A DNA stretch of 64,000 bases from an uncultured Acidobacteriaceae bacterium. Lineage in GTDB: Bacteria; Acidobacteriota; Terriglobia; Terriglobales; Acidobacteriaceae. The translations under genes were made by a program, and so were the position numbers. Location: the NCBI GenBank assembly GCA_963721125.1, contig CAVRHZ010000001.1:803422-867421 (forward strand). The letters are read 5' to 3'. Numbering within the stretch: position 1 is the first letter of the stretch; the number at the start of each line of letters is the position of its first letter. The notes beneath the pieces are model-generated. The model did not search any database. It was not told the DNA's origin and worked only from the letters and a program-made list of their open reading frames with translations. Below, one piece after another: positions 1-8,835 of the stretch.

Positions 1-360
1 AATGGTTTCAACGCCTATGTCAGCCTTTCGTGTTCCGGGCTGCCGATGAACACGACCTGCAACTTTTACGCCGGTGAACGTGCCGAGCGAGTTGCACCAC
101 CAGTGCCAGCGGCGTTCAGACCTGCACTCCCGGAACCAGCGTCGATGCAGATCCAAACCCTCGCGCCCTCACCGGGACCCAGAGCCGGCAACGCTGGTGA
201 CGCCGGGATGCGGCGTTATGCTTTTGTCTTTCCGGCATTGTTTGGTCTCGTCGGCTTGGGTGCCTGCAAGCGCCGCGCATGGCGCAATCTGGCTCTGGGA
301 GTGCTGGCATTTGCAGGGGCCATGGGCATGACGGCCTGTCGCAGCGCTATAACTATCTGA
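1..360 (+). CDS. 3' end of a large secreted/cell-surface protein, 5' end outside the window
   Basis: Frame 1 is open from nt 1 to TGA 358-360: NGFNAYVSLSCSGLPMNTTC..., then two hydrophobic stretches (FVFPALFGLVGLGA-KRR, LALGVLAFAGAMGMTAC). The overlapping frame-3 ORF 279..494 ends in a beta-sandwich-like module (GTPTGNYTVTVDAQSSNGSFTVTPP...LTLIITN). The true 3' end may therefore be 494 after a frame change. Confidence 0.3.
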   Translation, partial: NGFNAYVSLSCSGLPMNTTCNFYAGERAERVAPPVPAAFRPALPEPASMQIQTLAPSPGPRAGNAGDAGMRRYAFVFPALFGLVGLGACKRRAWRNLALGVLAFAGAMGMTACRSAITI

Positions 361-533
361 ATCACGGGCCGCCGGGAAACACGGGAACCCCAACTGGCAA
401 CTACACGGTCACCGTGGATGCGCAGTCCTCCAACGGCTCGTTTACCGTCACGCCTCCAACCCAGCCGCAGCTAACGCTCATCATCACGAACTAACCTCTG
501 GGCGCTTACAAACTCCGCAATATGGACTAGCAT

Positions 534-977
534 GGAGTTGCAGGTGCGCCGGGCGGTCGCTGCTGAAGCGCTCGCGCGCTTCGGGAGAGGAAAGTCCGAA
601 CTCCGCAGGGCAGTGTGCCGGATAACGTCCGGGATTTGAGCGTCAAGGCTCAAAGACGGCCAGTGCCACAGAGAAGATACCGCCGCGGGCTTCATCGCCC
701 GGGGTAAGGGTGAAAAGGTGCGGTAAGAGCGCACCGCGCCGTCTGTAAAGGCGGTGGCAGGGTAAACCCCACACGGAGCAAGACCAAATAGGGAGGGAAT
801 CCGCCGGCCAGACCCAGGCTGCGGATGCGTGCTGGCCCGGCGCGCTCACCAGGGTTCCGATCCCGGCTTGCCGGGACGGTGGGAAACCTCCGGGTAGGTC
901 GCTTGAGCGGCGCAGTAATGCGTCGCCTAGAGGAATGATCGTCCTCGACAGAATTCGGCTTACAGGCCACTTGCAAA
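534..977 (+). ncRNA. rnpB: RNase P RNA, bacterial type A
   Basis: Universal P4 strands GAGGAAAGTCCG (587-598) and ACAGAATTCGGCTTACAG (948-965). Conserved GGTAAGGGTGAAAAGGTGCGGTAAGAGCGCACC block (703-735). 5' TTGCAGGTG (538-546) pairs with 3' CACTTGCAA (968-976) as P1. ORFs here are short and overlapping on both strands. Confidence 0.9.
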
Positions 978-978
978 C

Positions 979-1021
979 GCGGCCCCGCAGCTCTCACCGA
1001 GATGCGGGGCCTCCGCTTTTT
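979..1021 (+). terminator. Intrinsic terminator of rnpB
   Basis: GCCCCGCA (982-989) pairs with TGCGGGGC (1003-1010), loop 13 nt. Outer GCG/CGC pairs, then TTTTT at 1017-1021. Confidence 0.7.
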
Positions 1022-1044
1022 CGAGGCCAGCCACGGAACTTACC

Positions 1045-1092
1045 AAAGTAACCAAAAGTAACTTACAGACGCTTATAGTCGCTTTTAGTCGC
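1045..1092. repeat. Two pairs of 10-nt-phased direct repeats (AAAGTAAC x2, TAGTCGC x2)
   Basis: AAAGTAAC at 1045-1052 and 1055-1062. GCTTWTAGTC(GC) at 1071-1082 and 1081-1092. AT-rich tract directly after the rnpB terminator. Confidence 0.6.
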
Positions 1093-1121
1093 ACTTTTAT
1101 TTGGACCGGCAATAATATGCT

Positions 1122-1160
1122 GGGTGCCCCATTCAAGCCGCATTTTGGCTTGAGTGGGAT
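1122..1160. repeat. GGGTGCCCC-hairpin intergenic repeat element (REP/MITE-like)
   Basis: GGGTGCCCCATTCAAGCCGCATTTTGGCTTGAGTGGGAT. Internal hairpin TCAAGCC/GGCTTGA. Near-identical copies at 5241-5279 and 5364-5402, related copies at 8701, 18763 and 26797. Confidence 0.75.
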
Positions 1161-1238
1161 GATGGCTCTCGATCTGTCACTTCCCATTTGCCACGCCCGC
1201 CCAACGGAAACTCGCCCAACCAGGAGCATGGCTTTACA

Positions 1239-1340
1239 GGTTGCGGAAAAACTCATGCTTTTGAAGGGTACGGCCTTCAGGCCGTACGTAAATGCTGTGC
1301 AATGAATCCGGCTTTAGCCGCTGAGGGAAGCTTTCCGAAC
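1239..1340. repeat. About 90-nt intergenic repeat element (GGTTGCGGAAAA ... CCGGCTTTAGCCGCTGAGGGA)
   Basis: Contains the hairpin GGTACGGCCTTCAGGCCGTAC. Two further copies in head-to-head orientation at 50785-50990. Confidence 0.7.
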
Positions 1341-1424
1341 GGGCATTTCGCGCTTTGAAGCCAGCGCTCACCCGGGAACCAGGATAACCGTCTACACTCG
1401 TATCAACTCAAAGCGTGACCTGGC

Positions 1425-2652
<1,228 letters not shown>

Positions 2653-2653
2653 C

Positions 2654-3913
2654 ATGACCCTCGCCGACACCAAAGAAGCGATCGGGATGGCGATGGACAC
2701 GCTGCGCACCAACAAGCTGCGCTCCGGCCTGACCATGCTTGGCATCATGATCGGGGTCACCACCGTCATACTCATCTCCTCCGTCATCAACGGGCTTTCG
2801 GGCAACGTCAACGGCCTGATCAAGTCGCTCGGATCCAACGTGTACTGGGTTTTTCGCTTTCCCGTCTTTGGTTCACGGCCCACCTCCGAGATGCTGGCCA
2901 GAAAGCAATTGACCTATGAGGATGGCGAGGCCATGAGAGTGCTGCCTCACGTCGTCGCGGTCGACGCATCGCAGCAATACCGCTCGCCTACCGGCTCTCA
3001 GGGCAGTTTCTCCGTCAAGTACGGGAGCCACAAGGTACAAAACACCACCCTGAATGGTGAGTCGGAAGATCAACCGAACGTCTACGACATCGATCTCGCC
3101 CAGGGACGTTTTTTCAGCCATCAGGAGGCGCAGCGAGGGGCCAACGTTGTCGTTCTGGGCTCGGACACTGCGCAGGAACTATTTGGCAACGACCCTGCCG
3201 TGGGCAAGGAGGTCCAGATCGACGGGGATTTGTTCACCGTGGTGGGGGTCTTGGCGCCCCAGAAGCAGGTCTTCGGCGGGGGCAAAAATCCCATGGACAA
3301 CTCCGCCCATTTCCCCACCCAAACCTTCCACAAAATCCATCCCGAGATCCTCGATCACTGGATCAGCGTCAAGTACGACGATGTCAAAAATAAAATCGCC
3401 GTCGAAGACGAGATTCGCGAACTGCTTCGCCGCCGGCGTAAAGTCCGTAGCGATCAACCGGACAACTTCGCCATCTTCAGCTCCGATGCCCTCCTCGTTT
3501 TGTGGAATCAGCTTACCGGCGGCCTGTTCATCTTTCTCGTAGGGGTCGCGAGCGTAGGCTTGATGGTTGGTGGCGTCGGGGTAATGAACATCATGTTGGT
3601 GAGCGTTACCGAACGAACGCGGGAGATTGGCGTCCGTAAGGCGCTGGGCGCGACGCGAAAGAACATCATGTTTCAGTTCACGCTGGAAGCAGTCACGTTG
3701 TGTGCTCTGGGCGGCGTGATCGGGATCCTGGTGGGCGGCCTGCTTACTTTTGTGCTCAAGCTGATCATGGGCGCCGTGCTGCCCGCCGAAATGTCGGCAG
3801 CCTGGTCGGCCTCAGCTTTTGTCGTTTCCTGTGCCATCGGGCTTCTCTTCGGTATTTATCCCGCGTGGAAGGCGGCGTCGCTCGATCCTATTGTCGCCCT
3901 GCGCTACGAATAA
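2654..3913 (+). CDS. MacB/FtsX-type ABC transporter permease
   Basis: 419 aa. N-terminal TM (NKLRSGLTMLGIMIGVTTVILI), a large periplasmic core, and a C-terminal FtsX bundle (ERTREIGVRKALGATRKNI...GIYPAWKAASLDPIVALRYE). Paralogue of the upstream gene; ATG lies 2 nt after its stop. Confidence 0.9.
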   Translation: MTLADTKEAIGMAMDTLRTNKLRSGLTMLGIMIGVTTVILISSVINGLSGNVNGLIKSLGSNVYWVFRFPVFGSRPTSEMLARKQLTYEDGEAMRVLPHVVAVDASQQYRSPTGSQGSFSVKYGSHKVQNTTLNGESEDQPNVYDIDLAQGRFFSHQEAQRGANVVVLGSDTAQELFGNDPAVGKEVQIDGDLFTVVGVLAPQKQVFGGGKNPMDNSAHFPTQTFHKIHPEILDHWISVKYDDVKNKIAVEDEIRELLRRRRKVRSDQPDNFAIFSSDALLVLWNQLTGGLFIFLVGVASVGLMVGGVGVMNIMLVSVTERTREIGVRKALGATRKNIMFQFTLEAVTLCALGGVIGILVGGLLTFVLKLIMGAVLPAEMSAAWSASAFVVSCAIGLLFGIYPAWKAASLDPIVALRYE

Positions 3914-3972
3914 GGGGTGCCTCGGGCTACAGCGGTTCCGCGATAGGTCCTGCCGGAGAAAATACGTCCCAC

Positions 3973-3997
3973 GGGGCTTTTCACCAAGAAAAGCCCC
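3973..3997 (+). terminator. Perfect 10-bp stem-loop after the permease genes (no U-tract)
   Basis: GGGGCTTTTC-ACCAA-GAAAAGCCCC, 60 nt after the stop at 3913. It lacks a T-run, so terminator function is uncertain. Confidence 0.35.
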
Positions 3998-4058
3998 ACC
4001 TCGCGGAGGCGGGATTGGGCAGATTAATCGTGAAACCGCTTAAACTAAGAATCGCTCT

Positions 4059-5231
4059 ATGCTGCCCATCATTGTCGCCGCCATTACGACCATTCTCAGC
4101 TTGGCCGGCCTGGGCTATTACCTGCTTGCGCTGTGGAGCGCGCGCACCTTCCATCGCCAGCTGCGCCGCCCTTTGCCCGATTTCCAGCCGGGAGTCAGCA
4201 TCCTCAAACCGGTGAAGGGTCTTGACCCGGAGATGTATGCCAGCTTTGCCAGCCACTGTCAGCAGCAGTATCAGGGCCCCTACGAGATTCTGTTTGGTGT
4301 GAGCAGCATGGCTGATCCGGCCGTGTCGGCCATCGAAAAGCTCACGGCGGAATTTCCCCAGCGGGCCATCCGCCTGGTGCTATGCCCTCAATTGCTGGGT
4401 GCCAACGGCAAGGTGAGTAACCTGGTGCAGATGCTGGGCAGCGCGCAGTACGACTACATTTTAATCAACGACAGTGACATAAAGGTTTCTCCCCACTACC
4501 TGCGCCGGATCATGGGCTGTTTCCATCTCCCCAAGCGGCGCAACGGCCGCGTCGGCCTGGTGACGGCGCTCTACCGGGGTAAGGCGCACAGCACCATCGG
4601 CTCCCGCATGGAAGCGCTGGGGATTGCCACGGATTTCATCGCCGGCGTGCTGACCGCGCGTCAGATTGAGGACGGAATTCGCTTTGGTCTGGGGTCCACC
4701 CTGGCTGTCTCGCGCGAGGCGTTGGAGGCCATCGGTGGTTTGGAACCGCTGGTCGACTATCTGGCAGACGACTACGAGTTGGGAGCGCGCATTTGGCGCG
4801 CCGGCTTTGAAGTCGCCTTAAGCGGCGAGGTGGTCGAGACCTTCTTGCCCGCCTATCGCTTCCGCCAGTTTCTGGCCCATCAAATTCGTTGGGGCCGCAG
4901 CACCCGTTTTTCAAGAAAGCTGGGTTACACCGGTATGGTCTTCACCTACGGACTGCCCTGGGCCTTCTGCAACCTGGTCGCCTCGGGTGCCAGCCTAAGC
5001 AGCATTGCCCTGCTCAGCCTGACCTTGTTGGCCCGGGTGGCGCTCGCAATGGCAGTCGGTGTAGGAGTGCTGGGTGATCGCCAGGTGCTACGCGATCTAT
5101 GGCTGCTGCCGTCGCGCGACGTGGTGGCGCTAGGTATCTGGATCTGGAGCTTCGCAGGAAACACCGTAGCCTGGCGTGGCCAGCATTTCTCCTTGAAAGA
5201 CGGCAAGATGAGCCGCCTCACCGCAATCTAA
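4059..5231 (+). CDS. GT2/GT21-family glycosyltransferase (ceramide glucosyltransferase / HpnI-like)
   Basis: 390 aa. N-terminal TM, VSILKPVKG, INDSDIKV, YLADDYELG and the Q-x-x-RW motif (HQIRWGRS), with C-terminal TM helices. Confidence 0.75.
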   Translation: MLPIIVAAITTILSLAGLGYYLLALWSARTFHRQLRRPLPDFQPGVSILKPVKGLDPEMYASFASHCQQQYQGPYEILFGVSSMADPAVSAIEKLTAEFPQRAIRLVLCPQLLGANGKVSNLVQMLGSAQYDYILINDSDIKVSPHYLRRIMGCFHLPKRRNGRVGLVTALYRGKAHSTIGSRMEALGIATDFIAGVLTARQIEDGIRFGLGSTLAVSREALEAIGGLEPLVDYLADDYELGARIWRAGFEVALSGEVVETFLPAYRFRQFLAHQIRWGRSTRFSRKLGYTGMVFTYGLPWAFCNLVASGASLSSIALLSLTLLARVALAMAVGVGVLGDRQVLRDLWLLPSRDVVALGIWIWSFAGNTVAWRGQHFSLKDGKMSRLTAI

Positions 5232-5475
5232 CGAAAGGCTGGGTGCCCCATTCAAGCCGCGTTTGGCTTGAGTGGGATACAACGGCTCTGGACCCACAAC
5301 TCTTTCAGCCACTAGCCAATTCCCCGTGGAAACCCCCACCTGCTGCACCTGCAACGAAAGGCTGGGTGCCCCATTCAAGCCGCGTTTGGCTTGAGTGGGA
5401 TACGACAGCTCGGGACCTGCAACCCTTTCAGCCGCTAGCCAATTCCCCATGGAAGCGCTCCCCCCTTTTGTCATC
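5230..5475. repeat. Tandem direct repeat, period 123 nt, two copies, each containing a GGGTGCCCC-hairpin element
   Basis: AACGAAAGGCTGGGTGCCCCATTCAAGCCGCGTTTGGCTTGAGTGGGATAC... starts at 5230 and again at 5353. About 100 nt of each unit are near-identical. It lies between convergent genes. Confidence 0.85.
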
Positions 5476-5510
5476 CCGACCGGAGCGAAGCGTAGGGGAG
5501 GGATCTGCAG
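5470..5510. repeat. GTCATCCCGACCGGAGCG repeat element
   Basis: GTCATCCCGACCGGAGCGAAGCGTAGGGGAGGGATCTGCAG. Related copies at 12205-12247 (inverted), 12345-12392 and 54375-54417. Confidence 0.7.
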
Positions 5511-5575
5511 TTTCACTCGATCGCCAACAAAGGCTCTGGTAACGCAAAGGAATTTTCGATCGTGGCGGAGTGTCC

Positions 5576-7423
5576 CTAGCGCCGATTGCTAAGGATTTCT
5601 TTCCCCCCGCTTTGCGCGATCACATAAGCCGTTCCAGGCAGAGCGGGAACCTGGTCCACCGGAGTCCACAGAAAGATCCGCTGCGGCCCACTCCAGAGCG
5701 ACTGAAACGATACATCGTCATCGAAGATCTTCGGAGCATCCCTGAAGAACGAGCCATACCAGAGATCGGAAGAACGGCCGTCGAGAATACGGACCTGGCG
5801 GCGCAAATAGAACCCCAGGGTAGATCCGGCCTCGTATTCGCCATGGATCTCCACCACGTCGCCGGCCTGCAACCTCTGTCCAATCGCATCCGCGAGAACC
5901 TTCGAGGAAAGCACGGGCGAGAAGGTGACCAAAGCCATGTGGGCGGCGACCAGGAATACAACCATCATGGCGAAAAGCGCATAGTTTCCCATCCGGACCC
6001 TGTTACTAAACCGCAAAATCAGATTGGCCACCGTTCCCACCAGGAGCGCAACCGCGGTAAGAATCAGCGGCAGCCGGAAGGCGCTCATAGCCCGCGTACT
6101 TAGATCGAGAAAATGCCCCAGGGAAAGCGCATAATCTCCAGGGTTCTGCGCGAGCAGGCTGGATAAGTCCACGCCCGGGGTAGGGGGCTTGGCCTGTATA
6201 GCCAGATACGCGGCGGCCAACCCGCCACCCGCTCCCAGCAGAAAAAGAACGATGGCGATGCGGCGTCCGGCGATGCGGAGTGGGTCGCCGGCAGAGCAAT
6301 TCTCTTCGCGGGCCAGCCAGCCGCCGATCATTAGGGCAAGGGGCGGCAACGCAGGCAGCGCATAGTATTCCTGGCGCGTAGAGAAGCTGAAGAAGACCAT
6401 CACTACGGCGGCCCAAATGCCAAGCAATTTCCAGGCTCGATCCTTCCGGGCGGGACCGATCGCCTTGAACACGAAGGCAATCCACGGCATCAGCCACACA
6501 GCAAGCAATCCCCAGAACAGCACCAGCGGGACTGTGTCGTAGTCCCGCGGAACACGCCGATTGAGGTAGCGGAGCACCTGCTCGTTAATGAAATAGAACC
6601 AGAAGAATCCATGCACGTTTCCCTGTGCCGGCATGGTGCCCCCGGGATTTCCCTGCGATGGATTGGCAATGCCTGCTGCGAGATGCCAAGGCACCGCGAT
6701 CAGCAGGAAGATCAGCACGCTGGAAAGAGGGTGCCAGCGTCGCAGGTGCCCCAGATTCCGGTTGAGCAACAGGAAGATGACAACAATGGCCAGGGGGAAA
6801 ACAACGCCAATCAGCCCCTTGGTGAGCACGTTGAGGGCACACGCTGCGGCAAACCCCCAAGCAGTCCAGCGCGACGGCTGTGCCTGCTCAAGGGACATCC
6901 AGAACAGCAGCATGGCGAGTGAAAGCCACATGCAGACAATGACATCGGGAATGATGATGCGCGTGTAAATGAAAATACCGAAGGAGGTCAGCAGTATCAG
7001 CGCTGCATAGAACCCGGCGATATCGGAAGCGAATATCCGGCGTCCGGTGGCGTATACCACCAGAAGCAGGGCCAGTGTAGCGATAGCCAGCGGCAGCCGA
7101 GCGGCCCAATCCTGGGGACCGAAGAGCTTGAAGCTGGCAGCCATGCTCCAGTACATGAGCGGAGCCTTTTCGAGATAGCGGATGCCATTGGCGTGGAGGG
7201 TAATCCAGTCCTGGCGCGCGACCATTTCCCGGGCAACTTCGGCATGCACCGAGTCGGCATCATCCAGCAGCGGCGGGCTGAAGAGCGTAAAGCTTGCGTA
7301 CAGCAGCAGCCAGAGGCCGGCAAGCGTGAAGATAATTTTCCACGAACGGTGTGTGAACCGCGACGGACCGGTATTTCCTCTGCCAGCGCGGCCAGCCGGG
7401 ACCGGTTGAAGTTGTGTGGCCAC
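5576..7423 (-). CDS. GT-C fold glycosyltransferase, ArnT/PMT (GT39/GT83)-like
   Basis: 615 aa polytopic protein. First extracytoplasmic loop is LLDDADSVHAEVAREMVARQDW...RYLEKAPLMYW, the family signature. C-terminal soluble domain. Confidence 0.8.
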   Translation of the reverse strand: MATQLQPVPAGRAGRGNTGPSRFTHRSWKIIFTLAGLWLLLYASFTLFSPPLLDDADSVHAEVAREMVARQDWITLHANGIRYLEKAPLMYWSMAASFKLFGPQDWAARLPLAIATLALLLVVYATGRRIFASDIAGFYAALILLTSFGIFIYTRIIIPDVIVCMWLSLAMLLFWMSLEQAQPSRWTAWGFAAACALNVLTKGLIGVVFPLAIVVIFLLLNRNLGHLRRWHPLSSVLIFLLIAVPWHLAAGIANPSQGNPGGTMPAQGNVHGFFWFYFINEQVLRYLNRRVPRDYDTVPLVLFWGLLAVWLMPWIAFVFKAIGPARKDRAWKLLGIWAAVVMVFFSFSTRQEYYALPALPPLALMIGGWLAREENCSAGDPLRIAGRRIAIVLFLLGAGGGLAAAYLAIQAKPPTPGVDLSSLLAQNPGDYALSLGHFLDLSTRAMSAFRLPLILTAVALLVGTVANLILRFSNRVRMGNYALFAMMVVFLVAAHMALVTFSPVLSSKVLADAIGQRLQAGDVVEIHGEYEAGSTLGFYLRRQVRILDGRSSDLWYGSFFRDAPKIFDDDVSFQSLWSGPQRIFLWTPVDQVPALPGTAYVIAQSGGKEILSNRR

Positions 7424-7538
7424 CCTCGGATGATACCCGCATTCGATTTCTTTAGCGGCTCAATACAGCGGCTCTGCAGTAAGAAAACCGCGCCGCGTAG
7501 CGCTATAGTAAGGGCAGGTTCTTCGGGATCGCGAGCCT

Positions 7539-8672
7539 ATGGCACTCGACGCAGCAGCGGGAAGAGGACCGGCGATTTTTCCGGCCAGCGATTTGCTGGG
7601 ACCGGATACATCCCTCATCTACAACGACTGGTACCCGGCCATGCGTAGCAGCGCGCTCCGAGGGAAGAAGATGGCCACCGCCATGCTCCTGGGGATTCCG
7701 CTGGTGCTGGGCCGCAAAGAGGATGGCGGCATCTTTGCCATGCGCGACAGTTGTCCCCATCGCGGCATTCCCCTCTCCTGCGGATGGTTCGATGGCAGCG
7801 CGGTCACTTGCAAATATCACGGCTGGGTCTTCGAGCCGGAATCCGGGCAGTGCATGGAGATCCCTTCGCTGACCAGCCAGGATGCCTATCCGCGGCGCAT
7901 CTACGCCACCGCGTATCCCTGTCAGGAGAGGGACGGATACGCCTGGGTCTACCTGCCCCGGCCGGGCAGCGGACGGGTCCGCAAGGAGGTAAGGGAGGGG
8001 CTTCCACCCGTACCCCAACTCCCAACCTTTAGCGACCGGTACCGCAGCGCGCATCTGACTGCGGAACTACCCTGCAACGTGGACCACGGCATCATCGGGC
8101 TGATGGACCCGGCACACGGGCCATTTGTGCATCAGGCATGGTGGTGGCGGTCCCGCCACAGCATCCACGAAAAAGAGAAGCACTTCGAGCCTATTCCGCA
8201 AGGCTTTCGCATGTCGGCGCATACGCCTTCAGCCAACAGCGCACCCTACAAGTTGCTCGGCGTCTACGGCGAGCCGATCGAGACCACCATCGATTTTGTG
8301 CTGCCCAACCGGCGCTATGAGACGATTCGTTGTGGGTCCAAGTGGTTCGCCAGTCTCACCACGGTGACACCCACCACGCCAGGCAATTCCCGCATCGATG
8401 TCTACGGCGCCTGGAACGTTTTTTATGGGGTGCCCTTCGTGACCGCGATCGCCAAATTCTTTGGTGATCGCTTCGTCCGCCAGGACCAGCTCACCATGGT
8501 GCAGCAGGCTGAGGGACTCAAGTTCAATCCCGGCCTGATGCTCATCGATGATGCCGATCGGCCGGCGAAGTGGTACTTCGCCTTGAAACGGGCGCGCCTC
8601 GAAGCCGACGAAACCGGCCGTCCGATGCAGCACCCCATGGATGGCCCGGTCACCCTCCGCTGGCGAAGCTAG
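7539..8672 (+). CDS. Rieske [2Fe-2S] non-haem iron oxygenase (PaO/Tic55-like)
   Basis: 377 aa. Rieske motif CPHRG...CKYHGW, with WYPAMRSSAL...LLGIPLVLGR upstream of it. Divergent from the GT-C gene. Confidence 0.8.
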   Translation: MALDAAAGRGPAIFPASDLLGPDTSLIYNDWYPAMRSSALRGKKMATAMLLGIPLVLGRKEDGGIFAMRDSCPHRGIPLSCGWFDGSAVTCKYHGWVFEPESGQCMEIPSLTSQDAYPRRIYATAYPCQERDGYAWVYLPRPGSGRVRKEVREGLPPVPQLPTFSDRYRSAHLTAELPCNVDHGIIGLMDPAHGPFVHQAWWWRSRHSIHEKEKHFEPIPQGFRMSAHTPSANSAPYKLLGVYGEPIETTIDFVLPNRRYETIRCGSKWFASLTTVTPTTPGNSRIDVYGAWNVFYGVPFVTAIAKFFGDRFVRQDQLTMVQQAEGLKFNPGLMLIDDADRPAKWYFALKRARLEADETGRPMQHPMDGPVTLRWRS

Positions 8673-8700
8673 TCCGTCTCTTTCCCCGTGACAAACCGAC

Positions 8701-8742
8701 GGGTGCCCCATATCTCGCTCGTTTTTCGCGAGATGTGGGAGA
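8701..8742. repeat. GGGTGCCCC-hairpin repeat element
   Basis: GGGTGCCCCATATCTCGCTCGTTTTTCGCGAGATGTGGGAGA with hairpin ATCTCGC/GCGAGAT, between convergent genes. Confidence 0.7.
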
Positions 8743-8835
8743 CCGCGATATTTCCCTTCGACTCTCGATTTATCGGATGCACTTAGCGGTCAAACCCGTG
8801 GTACCCATCAATCAGCGGTCAGGAAAGAGTGGAGC

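Noticed and set aside
100-290. A PEP-CTERM-like sorting signal (LPEPAS, then later a hydrophobic helix plus KRR) in the first ORF.
   Set aside because: The PEP motif is about 35 residues away from the helix, and the ORF continues with a second hydrophobic segment. No exosortase gene lies in the window.
4059-5231. A specific call as the hopanoid glycosyltransferase HpnI.
   Set aside because: The motifs are shared by the whole GT21 / ceramide-glucosyltransferase group, and no hpnJ, hpnK or other hpn genes are adjacent. It is kept as a family-level call only.
5230-5475. Direct repeats that might be taken for a CRISPR array.
   Set aside because: There are only two units of about 100 nt with a 123-nt period, no unique spacers of CRISPR size, and no cas genes. 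The units belong to a dispersed repeat family.
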